DNA of 62,625 bases, counting the filler, from Asterionella formosa (Eukaryota): the NCBI GenBank assembly GCA_002256025.1. It is 27 parts of 27 records of this genome, joined end to end, with 100 filler letters (N's around TTAATTAATTAA, not from the genome) between each part and the next. Parts side by side here need not be neighbours in the genome. Positions count along the whole stretch, not along the records: positions 48,810 to 51,032 come from NKIB01000201.1; positions 51,133 to 53,352 come from NKIB01000202.1; positions 53,453 to 55,672 come from NKIB01000203.1; positions 55,773 to 57,991 come from NKIB01000205.1; positions 58,092 to 60,309 come from NKIB01000206.1; 22 more parts are not named here. One strand, written 5' to 3'. The position numbers and the translations under genes were made by a program. Under the pieces are notes generated by a model, which was given only the letters and a program-made list of their open reading frames with translations, was not told the origin of the DNA and ran no database searches. Every line of letters starts with the position of its first letter. The first letter of the stretch is position 1. Below are positions 48,810 to 60,409 of the stretch, in pieces.

Positions 48810-51032
48810 AAAACTGAGACGCTAGATTTCAAACGTGATCATTCAGATGTTTTGTACTATTTCCAAGGAACTCGTGGAATTTACCCAGGTGGGAGTGATA
48901 TCTTATCTGCAGAGGTCATCACAACGAAATTGACCAGTATGGACATTAATGAAGCTCACGCTAAATACGGACATATTGGGGAAGCGGCATTGCGGGCTAC
49001 TATGAAATCGCTTGGTATCAAAATGACAGGTGTGATGTATACATGTGAAGGATGTGCGCTAGCTAAGGCTAAAGCAAAAAGTGTTCCTAAAATCACTATG
49101 AGCAAGGCTACTCAACCGGGCGAACGTTTGTGCACAGATATCAGCGGTCCATATAAAAAGTCGATTTTAGGAAATGACTATTGGATCCTTGTTGTTGATG
49201 ATTACACCGGAAAATCTTGGAGTTTCTTTGTTAAGAAGAAGTCACAGCTTGCTTCAAAGATTGAAGATTTGTTGACTAAACTCAAAACGGCTGAGTATGT
49301 TACCAAGTTTCTCCGTTGTGACAATGCGGGTGAAAACGTCTCAGGTTTGACAAAACTATGCGAGAAATTCAATATTCAAATCGAATTTACGGCACCCTAC
49401 ACACCACAACAGAATGGAATTGTGGAGCGAAAGTTTGTAACCATTCGTCAACGAGCATGTGCAGCAATGTTTGCTGCAAAATTTAATGATGAATTTCAAG
49501 GTTTACTTTGGGCAGAGGCCATCAACACCAACACACGAATCACGAACATTGTGGCCACATCTAATGATGTAAAAAGTGCAGATGAGAAGTTTTACAAAAA
49601 GTTTCCAATGATTTACGATCATCTAATGTATTTTGGCAGGATCGGATGGTTGAAAATTGGTGCTAAGATAACAAAGAAGCTCGAAGAAAAGGCCATTAAA
49701 TGTGTGATGGTTGGTTATTCTCATGATCATGCTAGAGACACTTACCGAATGTTTAACCCTCAGACAAGAAAGATTTTAAATAGTCGAAACATTCGCTGGG
49801 CTGATTGGCATGGCCAAACAAGTCCAATCGCAGGTTTGAGGGATTTCAATGTGGAAGGGGACACAGAAGTGGTTGTTATTCCAATTGATGATGAAAAGCA
49901 GGACGAAGATGTTCTTCCTCTTGTGCCACCAATCCAGCAGGATATTTATTTGGAAACACCTGTTCCAGTTGTGAAACAAACAAGATTTCAGCTATCCGAA
50001 GCAGTGGGGAAGTTAGGTGATGAGATCAACAAAGATGCTTCGAAGAAAGCAAAATTGGAACGAGAATTTAAACGCCTTGATGGTTGGAAAGAAGTTACTG
50101 GCAAACGCAGTGCTCGGCGCAACTTACAACTAGATGACAAGGACAAAGGATCAATTGAAGAAATAGATTATTCTGAAGCGGCCTATCAAGATGATGATGA
50201 ACTATTTCAAAGTGAAGAAGGAGTAGAGAGGTTCTATGCATATTCTACAACGCTTGCTTCCGATCCTGGGGAGCCAAAGCATTACAAGGAGGCTATGAAA
50301 GGAGACTAGAGCAAGCAGTGGACCGTTGCTATTAAAAATGAAATCAACAATTTCTACGAGCGAAATGTTTGGAAAATGGTTCCTCGTGACAATCTCAAGG
50401 GCAGAAAACCATTAGGCACACGCTGGGTATTCAAGAAGAAATCCGAGCAGGAGAAGAGTATTCGATACAAAGGACGTCTTGTAGTGAAAGGCTACGTTCA
50501 GATCCCAGGACTGGATTTCACTGATTCATTTGCTCCAGTTGCAACAGATGCTTCAATGCGTATGATATTCGCTCTCTCGTTATACAAATGGGATAAGTCC
50601 GAAGAAATATGATGGGTTTGTGAAATCATTGATGTTGAAGCTGCTTTTCTTGAAGGAGACATGGAAGAGCAAATCTATATTGAATGGCCAGATGGGGTTT
50701 TAGACTTTGGTTTCGAAACACAAGAAACAATGAAAAACATATGCATTTTGTTGGAGAAGGCCATGTATGGCACAGTTCAAGCAGCGCTGCAATTCTTCTT
50801 CAAGAAGATGGTTCAAAACTTAACCAAAGTTGGATTGAGGCAAAGCAAGGTCGATCCATGTGTATTCTTCATCAAGGAAAACAATGCACTAATCCTAATA
50901 ATTGCCACACATGTCGATGATTGTGCAATTGCTGGAAAGCCAAATGATATTAAATGGTTCAAAAATGAAATCAAGAAACACTTCACAATTAAGGAGCTTG
51001 GCCCTTTGAAGAAGCATTTGGGAGTGTGGTAC
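48810..51032 (+). mobile_element. Copia integrase-RT segment, copy 3 (stops at 50307-50309 and 50610-50612; 3-nt insertion)
   Basis: Near-identical to the other copies, with the same end points. Confidence 0.97.
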
Positions 51033-51132
51033 NNNNNNNNNNNNNNNNNNNNNNNNNNNNNNNNNNNNNNNNNNNNTTAATTAATTAANNNNNNNNNNNN
51101 NNNNNNNNNNNNNNNNNNNNNNNNNNNNNNNN

Positions 51133-53352
51133 AAAACTGAGACGCTAGATTTCAAACGTGATCATTCAGATGTTTTGTACTATTTCCAAGGAACTCGTGG
51201 AATTTACCCAGGTGGGAGTGATATCTTATCTGCAGAGGTCATCACAACGAAATTGACCAGTATGGACATTAATGAAGCTCACGCTAAATACGGACATATT
51301 GGGGAAGCGGCATTGCGGGCTACTATGAAATCGCTTGGTATCAAAATGACAGGTGTGATGTATACATGTGAAGGATGTGCGCTAGCTAAGGCTAAAGCAA
51401 AAAGTGTTCCTAAAATCACTATGAGCAAGGCTACTCAACCGGGCGAACGTTTGTGCACAGATATCAGCGGTCCATATAAAAAGTCGATTTTAGGAAATGA
51501 CTATTGGATCCTTGTTGTTGATGATTACACCGGAAAATCTTGGAGTTTCTTTGTTAAGAAGAAGTCACAGCTTGCTTCAAAGATTGAAGATTTGTTGACT
51601 AAACTCAAAACGGCTGAGTATGTTACCAAGTTTCTCCGTTGTGACAATGCGGGTGAAAACGTCTCAGGTTTGACAAAACTATGCGAGAAATTCAATATTC
51701 AAATCGAATTTACGGCACCCTACACACCACAACAGAATGGAATTGTGGAGCGAAAGTTTGTAACCATTCGTCAACGAGCATGTGCAGCAATGTTTGCTGC
51801 AAAATTTAATGATGAATTTCAAGGTTTACTTTGGGCAGAGGCCATCAACACCAACACACGAATCACGAACATTGTGGCCACATCTAATGATGTAAAAAGT
51901 GCAGATGAGAAGTTTTACAAAAAGGTTCCAATGATTTACGATCATCTAATGCATTTTGGCAGGATCGGATGGGTGAAAATTGGTGCTAAGAAAACAAATA
52001 AACTCGAAGAAAAGGCCATTAAATGTGTGATGGTTGGTTATTCTCATGATCATGCTGGAGACACTTACCGAATGTTTAACCCTCAGACAAGAAAGATTTT
52101 AAATAGTCGAAACATTCGCTGGGCTGATTGGCATGGCCAAACAAGTCCAATCGCAGGTTTGAGGGATTTCAATGTGGAAGGGGACACAGAAGTGGTTGTT
52201 ATTCCAATTGATGATGAAAAGCAGGACGAAGATGTTCTTCCTGTTGTCCCACCAATCCAGCAGGATGTTGATTTGGAAACACCTGTTCCAGTTGTGAAAC
52301 AAACAAGATTTCAGCTATCCGAAGCAGTGGGGAAGTTAGGTGATGAGATCAACAAAGATGCTTCGAAGAAAGCAAAATTGGAACGAGAATTGAAACGCCT
52401 TGATGGTTGGAAAGAAGTTACTGGCAAACGCAGTGCTCGGCGCAGCTTACAACTAGATGACAAGGACAAAGGATCAATTGAAGAAATAGATTATTCTGAA
52501 GCGGCCTATCAAGATGATGATGAACTATTTCAAAGTGAAGAAGGAGTAGAGAGGTTCTATGCATATTCTACAACGCTTGCTTCCGATCCTGGGGAGCCAA
52601 AGCATTACAAGGAGGCTATGAAAGGAGACGAGAGCAAGCAGTGGACCGTTGCTATTAAAAATGAAATCAACAATTTCTACAAGCGAAATGTTTGGAAAAT
52701 GGTTCCTCGTGACAATCTCAAGGGCAGAAAACCGTTAGGCACACGCTGGGTATTCAAGAAGAAATCCGAGCAGGATAAGAGTATTCGATACAAAGGACGT
52801 ATTGTAGTGAAAGGCTACGTTCAGATCCCAGGACTGGATTTCACTGATTCATTTGCTCCAGTTGCAACAGATGCTTCAATGCGTATGATATTCGCTCTCT
52901 CGTTATACAAATGGGATAAGTCTGAAGAAATACGATGGGTTTGTGAAATCATTGATGTTGAAGCTGCTTTTCTTGAAGGAGACATGGAAGAGCAAATCTA
53001 TATTGAATGGCCAGATGGGGTTTTAGACTTCGGTTTCGAAACACAAGAAACAATGAAAAACAAATGCATTAAGTTGGAGAAGGCCATGTATGGCACAGTT
53101 CAAGCAGCGCTACAATTCTTCAAGAAGATGGTTCAAAACTTAACCAAAGTTGGATTGAGGCAGAGCAAGGTCGATCCATGTGTATTCTTCATCAAGGAAA
53201 ACAATGCACTAATCCTAATAATTGCCACACATGTCGATGATTGTGCAATTGCTGGAAAGCCAAATGATATTAAATGGTTCAAAAATGAAATCAAGAAACA
53301 CTTCACAATTAAGGAGCTTGGCCCTTTGAAGAAGCATTTGGGAGTGTGGTAC
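51133..53352 (+). mobile_element. Copia integrase-RT segment, copy 4 (fully open frame)
   Basis: Uninterrupted ORF across the contig. Confidence 0.97.
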
Positions 53353-53452
53353 NNNNNNNNNNNNNNNNNNNNNNNNNNNNNNNNNNNNNNNNNNNNTTAA
53401 TTAATTAANNNNNNNNNNNNNNNNNNNNNNNNNNNNNNNNNNNNNNNNNNNN

Positions 53453-55672
53453 AAAACTGAGACGCTAGATTTCAAACGTGATCATTCAGATGTTTTGTAC
53501 TATTTCCAAGGAACTCGTGGAATTTACCCAGGTGGGAGTGATATCTTATCTGCAGAGGTCATCACAACGAAATTGACCAGTATGGACATTAATGAAGCTC
53601 ACGCTAAATACGGACATATTGGGGAAGCGGCATTGCGGGCTACTATGAAATCGCTTGGTATCAAAATGACAGGTGTGATGTATACATGTGAAGGATGTGC
53701 GCTAGCTAAGGCTAAAGCAAAAAGTGTTCCTAAAATCACTATGAGCAAGGCTACTCAACCGGGCGAACGTTTGTGCACAGATATCAGCGGTCCATATAAA
53801 AAGTCGATTTTAGGAAATGACTATTGGATCCTTGTTGTTGATGATTACACCGGAAAATCTTGGAGTTTCTTTGTTAAGAAGAAGTCACAGCTTGCTTCAA
53901 AGATTGAAGATTTGTTGACTAAACTCAAAACGGCTGAGTATGTTACCAAGTTTCTCCGTTGTGACAATGCGGGTGAAAACGTCTCAGGTTTGACAAAACT
54001 ATGCGAGAAATTCAATATTCAAATCGAATTTACGGCACCCTACACACCACAACAGAATGGAATTGTGGAGCGAAAGTTTGTAACCATTCGTCAACGAGCA
54101 TGTGCAGCAATGTTTGCTGCAAAATTTAATGATGAATTTCAAGGTTTACTTTGGGCAGAGGCCATCAACACCAACACACGAATCACGAACATTGTGGCCA
54201 TATCTAATGATGTAAAAAGTGCAGATGAGAAGTTTTACAAAAAGGTTCCAATGATTTACGATCATCTAATGCATTTTGGCAGGATCGGATGGGTGAAAAT
54301 TGGTGCTAAGAAAACAAATAAACTCGAATAAAAGGCCATTAAATGTGTGATGGTTGGTTATTCTCATGATCATGCTGGAGACACTTACCGAATGTTTAAC
54401 CCTCAGACAAGAAAGATTTTAAATAGTCGAAACATTCGCTGGGCTGATTGGCATGGCCAAACAAGTCCAATCGCAGGTTTGAGGGATTTCAATGTGGAAG
54501 GGGACACAGAAGTGGTTGTTATTCCAATTGATGATGCAAAGCAGGACGAAGATGTTCTTCCTGTTGTGCCACCTATCCAGCAGGATATTGATTTGGAAAC
54601 ACCTGTTCCAGTTGTGAAACAAACAAGATTTCAGCTATCCGAAGCAGTGGGGAAGTTAGGTGATGAGATCAACAAAGATGCTTCGAAGAAAGCAAAATTG
54701 GAACGAGAATTGAAACGCCTTGATGGTTGGAAAGAAGTTACTGGCAAACGCAGTGCTCGGCGCAGCTTACAACTAGATGACAAGGACAAAGGATCAATTG
54801 AAGAAATAGATTATTCTGAAGCGGCCTATCAAGATGATGATGAACTATTTGAAAGTGAAGAAGGAGTAGAGAGGTTCTATGCATATTCTACAACGCTTGC
54901 TTCCGATCCCGGGGAGCCAAAGCATTACAAGGAGGCTATGAAAGGAGACGAGAGCAAGCAGTGGACCGTTGCTATTAAAAATGAAATCAACAATTTCTAC
55001 AAGCGAAATGTTTGTAAAATGGTTCCTCGTGACAATCTCAAGGGCAGAAAACCCTTAGGCACACGCTGGGTATTCAAGAAGAAATCCGAGCAGGATAAGA
55101 GTATTCGATACAAAGGACGTATTGTAGTGAAAGGCTACGTTCAGATCCCAGGACTGGATTTCACTGAAAAATTTGCTCCAGTTGCAAAAGATGCTTCAAT
55201 ACGTATGATATTCGCTCTCTCGTTATACAAATGGGATAAGTCTGAAGAAATACGATGGGTTTGTGAAATCATTGATGTTGAAGCTGCTTTTCTTGAAGGA
55301 GACATGGAAGAGCAAATCTATATTGAATGGCCAGATGGGGTTTTAGACTTTGGTTTCGAAACACAAGAAACAATGAAAAACAAATGCATTAAGTTGGAGA
55401 AGGCCACGTATGGCACAGTTCAAGCAGCGCTACAATTCTTCAAGAAGATGGTTCAAAACTTAACCAAAGTTGGATTGAGGCAGAGCAAGGTCGATCCATG
55501 TGTATTCTTCATCAAGGAAAACAATGCACTAATCCTAATAATTGCCACACATGTCGATGATTGTGCAATTGCTGGAAAGCCAAATGATATTAAATGGTTC
55601 AAAAATGAAATCAAGAAACACTTCACAATTAAGGAGCTTGGCCCTTTGAAGAAGCATTTGGGAGTGTGGTAC
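53453..55672 (+). mobile_element. Copia integrase-RT segment, copy 5 (premature TAA at 54329-54331)
   Basis: Near-identical to the other copies, with the same end points. Confidence 0.97.
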
Positions 55673-55772
55673 NNNNNNNNNNNNNNNNNNNNNNNNNNNN
55701 NNNNNNNNNNNNNNNNTTAATTAATTAANNNNNNNNNNNNNNNNNNNNNNNNNNNNNNNNNNNNNNNNNNNN

Positions 55773-56062
55773 CTTTTAACGGTTTCATGTGAAGTTTTAA
55801 CTGTTTCATGTGAAGTTTTCACAATGAATTTTGAACGCAAGACTGAATTAGTTGATGTTTCAAATAATTCATTTGACTTTTCGAAATTTCGTCTATGTAC
55901 GAGTGTTAATTATGTGGTACTTCACATGCATTAATGCCACTCTTCACGTAAAAAGGCTACTTTTAACGGTTTCATGTGAAGTTTTAACTGTTTCATGTGA
56001 AGTTTTCACAATGAATTTTGAACGCAAGACTGAATTAGTTGATGTTTCAAATAATTCATTTG
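55773..56062 (+). repeat. ~187-bp tandem repeat (about 1.5 units), same family as 34888-35100
   Basis: cttttaacggtttcatgtgaag at 55773 and 55960; reverse complement of the unit at 34888-35100. Confidence 0.9.
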
Positions 56063-56489
56063 AAAGTTCAAATAAGATCCTGCTCTTGAGGCTAATACAT
56101 TCACAACACGCATTTTACTTAATGAAATAGTAAGGATATTTGTGGTGTCCAATGTCATCCATCTGAGATCAAAGCTTTACGGTTGTTCACATCACATGAA
56201 GAACTCACACTTACCGGTAAAAAAGCTCCCTCTTCCCAGTTTTCATGTTATGTAGGTTATTACCGGTACTAGGTAAATGTACTGTACTACTAGCCAGTGG
56301 TAGGCAACCCAATTTTTTTACGTGATTATTATTAATCAAAATCAACACTGGTGGAATTATGTCTACTGATGAGGATGGTACCAGTTAGTATTGTTTGCCA
56401 AATATGTGCCGAACAAGGTCCATTATTTTAACTACCGGTTATTCTTATTTTTCTCTCGCCAACACAGCACTACAACGACAGTAAATATC

Positions 56490-56819
56490 ATGGATCTGTG
56501 TGACAATAACGACGAGGACAAATGTAAATTCTGTGGTAAAGGTCCTTTTAAATCAATTCGTGGTCATCACAGACACAGCCCCTCGTGTGGGCGAGAAGAT
56601 ATGATTCAATCTCAGATTCAAGCATCGCAGCCATCATCAATGGTAGCGACTTCTCCAAGAGATGGACGACACCACTCTCAAGACCCCCTTGCAAAATTCC
56701 TGAAACAAACGCCAGCAGCCATTGATTTCGTTCAAACAGTTTGTTTTGATGCCGATGACTATGATAATGGTTTATTCCTTGATAGTTTAGTAGATTCTAC
56801 CGGTACTTGTTCTCGTTGA
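56490..56819 (+). CDS. Small ORF or first exon with a C2H2/C2HC-like zinc finger
   Basis: MDLCD...KCKFCGKGPFKSIRGHHRHSPSC. Confidence 0.45.
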   Translation: MDLCDNNDEDKCKFCGKGPFKSIRGHHRHSPSCGREDMIQSQIQASQPSSMVATSPRDGRHHSQDPLAKFLKQTPAAIDFVQTVCFDADDYDNGLFLDSLVDSTGTCSR

Positions 56820-58691
56820 AATTTTCAATTCTCACATGATACTACATCTACTATTTCGATTCAGCATAGAAGGAGATACGAAAATGTGCGTAACAGACTA
56901 CTGTCCACATAGCTATAGTTATAGAATGATTCTGATTAGAACGCATTTCATTTTCATATCGCTCGCTCGTTTCTGCATTTGGTATACTGTACTTGAATTA
57001 ACTATTGAACTTGTCCGCATCTTTGATACCAACAAGCAAGAGAGCGAAAGCAAGTGGCTCTTTTCATTGTTGTTTGCTCGTAGGAAGAATTTGATATCTG
57101 TATCGTCATTTGCTTGTTGGAATTGTCCGTTGCCTCAAACATGCTTGGCGTGTGCGTGCACACACTGTCGACTTGTTTTCAATGGTATGTTGTTCTTGTA
57201 TTCACTGTTGAACTTGTCCTCATCTTTGTTACCATCAATAGAGCGACAAGTGGGTCTCTTCATTGTTGTTTGCTCCTGGAAAAGTCGGTGTCCGTGTCCG
57301 TGTCATCCTCATCAATAGAGAGACAAGTTCTTTCATTGGAAAAATTGGTACCATATCATCATTCACTCGTTCGAACCACTGTCCGTTGCCTCAAACCTGA
57401 TTAGCGTTTGAGTACTGGTACCCGGTATGTGCACTGTCGACTTTAGTACATTACAGGCGGAGTGACTTCGCTACTAAATTGCGTGATATAATAATATACC
57501 CTGTAGCACAATGCAGAATACAGTTGCTTCCCAATCATCTCATCATGATTGATAAGATGATACTGTGATATCATGATAAGGTTACATCGATGCATACATC
57601 ACCGAAGTATGATACGTAATATTGAATAAAGTACATCACATAGCTATGATACATTGATCCTAAAATTATGATGATTTTATGAAATAAATATGATATAATT
57701 TTGATCAAAATATGATCATGTAAAAATAGTACAATGACAATAAAATACGATAAAATATGTACGCAAGTGTTATCGATACATCACAGAATATAAATCAAGC
57801 AATCATAAAGTATGTTAATTAATATATATGTCTGTCGTTTAATGTATACAGTTAAAGTCAACACTTAATATGATAGTATTATACAGTGGATAGGATCTAA
57901 GTATACGGATGCGTTGATATGTACATCACTATAATATGATTTGTGATATGGATTGATGCATATCACATACCGGTATCCTCAACAACCAGCCNNNNNNNNN
58001 NNNNNNNNNNNNNNNNNNNNNNNNNNNNNNNNNNNTTAATTAATTAANNNNNNNNNNNNNNNNNNNNNNNNNNNNNNNNNNNNNNNNNNNNTTCTGAATG
58101 GAGTTGGTTGGTCTGATACCAGATTGGAGAATGATATGTCAAGGGAATCAGGGTGTTGCAGTTTCTGGTACAATGGAGAGTGTTGGGAAGAATACTGTGA
58201 AGCCACATTTAGCTATCTGGTAAGATAAGGCAATGTTCCACAGTGATGGAAGAACAGATGAGATTAAAAAAGACAATTTGAATTATTCTCATGGAACGTA
58301 CCAGCACATAGGTCTACTGGTACTGGTACCAGGTACTTTGTCCATTTGGTATGTAAGATGTTCTCGATATGTGTGCTGGCATGTATGTACATATTGGCGT
58401 GTTGTGGTGGAGGTTAGACGTAAATACTGCCGAGGAGTGATCACATCAGTCAGTGCATCGAGATTTTCCGCGTGGAACTCATCAACCATCGAGTTTCCTC
58501 GAGAATCGCATCGCCTCATGTAAAGGCATGTGATGGTGTCGTTTCTGTTTCTTCTTTCAACTTAAATTAATAGTGTTGACACACAACATCGAATCCCATT
58601 CCATTCTCTCTCGCGACTTGTTACTGTTCCTCTCGACTACTTTTCATCTAAGTACATTAGTCAACCAATCATACTTCCAAGGAATTACAAC

Positions 58692-59186
58692 ATGATGACT
58701 GTCTCTACTCTAATTCTTTCCATGGCGCTCCTCTTCACAGCGTCGAGCGCTTTCATGGTCATTCCTCCTCACTCACACACACTCACTGCAAGTCGGATTC
58801 AAATGGCAGGATTGTCCCAACCTGATATTAAGATTGGACAAAAGACTGCCTTAGTGACCAAGCAAGTACAAAAGGTCGAAATCCGCAACCAAGTCAAATC
58901 TGCAGATCCAGTGCAACGAAAGAAAGAAGATTTTATGGAAGCGCCCTTGTACAAGGTCATGTTGATTGGCGATGATGGGTATGATGGAGGACATGTCATT
59001 GATCGCATGTGTGCTATTATGGAAGATATGGATGAAGATCAAGCGTCTACTGTCTTTCAACAAGCACAAGCCAAGGGCAAGGCCATGTGTGGCAAATATC
59101 CCATGGAACATGCGGAGATGTATAAAGAACAAATGCTTCGAAGTGATCCAATGATTTTCTGCGATATTGAAGATGAAAACAAATAA
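58692..59186 (+). CDS. Plastid-targeted ClpS-like adaptor protein
   Basis: Signal peptide ASSA|F plus transit peptide; ClpS-like core PLYKVMLIGDD...V...A...Q..GKA.CG.YPMEHAEMYKEQM. Confidence 0.75.
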   Translation: MMTVSTLILSMALLFTASSAFMVIPPHSHTLTASRIQMAGLSQPDIKIGQKTALVTKQVQKVEIRNQVKSADPVQRKKEDFMEAPLYKVMLIGDDGYDGGHVIDRMCAIMEDMDEDQASTVFQQAQAKGKAMCGKYPMEHAEMYKEQMLRSDPMIFCDIEDENK

Positions 59187-59729
59187 ATACTGCTGTCAAT
59201 GATGGACAATAGAATTAAGTTAGTAGAACTATACCGGTACTCATTTCGGTGAACGCTTGTTGGCACAATTGATGCATCAATATATAAAATGAATTGCTTT
59301 GATGGACAAAGAAATTATACGTCATAAAATAAGAATAGTTACAGAAGCCTATACCAGTATTATCTTTCAATATCTATATAGAAGGCTGACAAAAACAGAT
59401 GTTCGCTCTGCAGTGCTCGAGCATAAAATAATTCATGAAATGATTATTTAGACAACAACTATCATACCATGTGATGAAATTGTATCACGAAGCCTTCTAT
59501 TACTTTCTTGTATCCCTTAAGAATTTGTAAGGAAAAATTAGGCTTTAGATGTGATCAACAATGTGACAGATATCGATTGAAATCATACCTAAAAGTTTTA
59601 ATAGAATTATAGGTTTTACTGGCGGTGCAGATTGTTTTCAAATTCTGATCTTGATATTCCTTTTGATTCATTTGATTCAATGTCTATACATCTAGGTAAT
59701 TTCATACTGGGATGTCTCCTAAAATAATT

Positions 59730-60080
59730 TCTCCAATGCTCTCCTGCTGGACACGATGCTCACTTTTAGTTCATAATTTTGTGTTCAAAAATATATAAAT
59801 TTCGAACCAACCGATGGTTTTGTCATGTAGTCTGCAATCATTGCATCCATTGGACAGTACTCAATCTGCACTTCCTTTCTTTCAAGTAGATCAGCAATGT
59901 AAAAATACTTCATGTTGAAATTTTGCGTGCGTTTTCCTTAACTTGCTTTTCCATTCTCTTTCAGCTTCATTGCACTAGTGTTGTCACAGTAGTTAACATT
60001 TGTGGTCACTTTATGTCCTTGCACTTCAATAAACAATTTTGCCCAAACACCTTCGATATATTATTCAATAATTTTTATAG
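59730..60080 (-). mobile_element. Degraded Copia RNase H end plus polypurine tract
   Basis: The minus strand reads CDNTSAMKLKENGKAS*GKRTQNFNMKYFYIADLLERKEVQIEYCPMDAMIADYMTKP, then CAGCAGGAGAGCATTGGA (PPT/LTR-start-like). Confidence 0.8.
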
Positions 60081-60409
60081 CGCATTAGTACTAGCCTAGC
60101 TAAAGGATTGTATTCATTGCGCTCCATGGCCCTGAAAAACGTGGATGGCGGTGGTGAGGTTTGGGGTGGTCACTCCCTTGTGCAGGAGTCTTGTAAATAG
60201 TTTTGCCATCACTGTTCATAGCCAGGTCCATGAATAACAATTATCTTGCAGGTGGGTCAAGAATCTGGATTATTTCGTCGTCTTTGTTTGTTTCATTGTG
60301 CCTTTCCTANNNNNNNNNNNNNNNNNNNNNNNNNNNNNNNNNNNNNNNNNNNNTTAATTAATTAANNNNNNNNNNNNNNNNNNNNNNNNNNNNNNNNNNN
60401 NNNNNNNNN

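Noticed and set aside
44171..55672. Tandem or inverted array of retrotransposons
   Set aside because: The copies are separate contigs placed together by length sorting; their orientation is arbitrary.
2230..60409. Regularly spaced TTAATTAATTAA repeats (CRISPR-like periodicity), and any gene cluster spanning them
   Set aside because: These are artificial linkers embedded in N runs. Adjacent contigs are unrelated, so apparent clusters (for example aguB + DUF1365 + transposase) are not real neighbourhoods. ORFs ending in X...LIN are artefacts.
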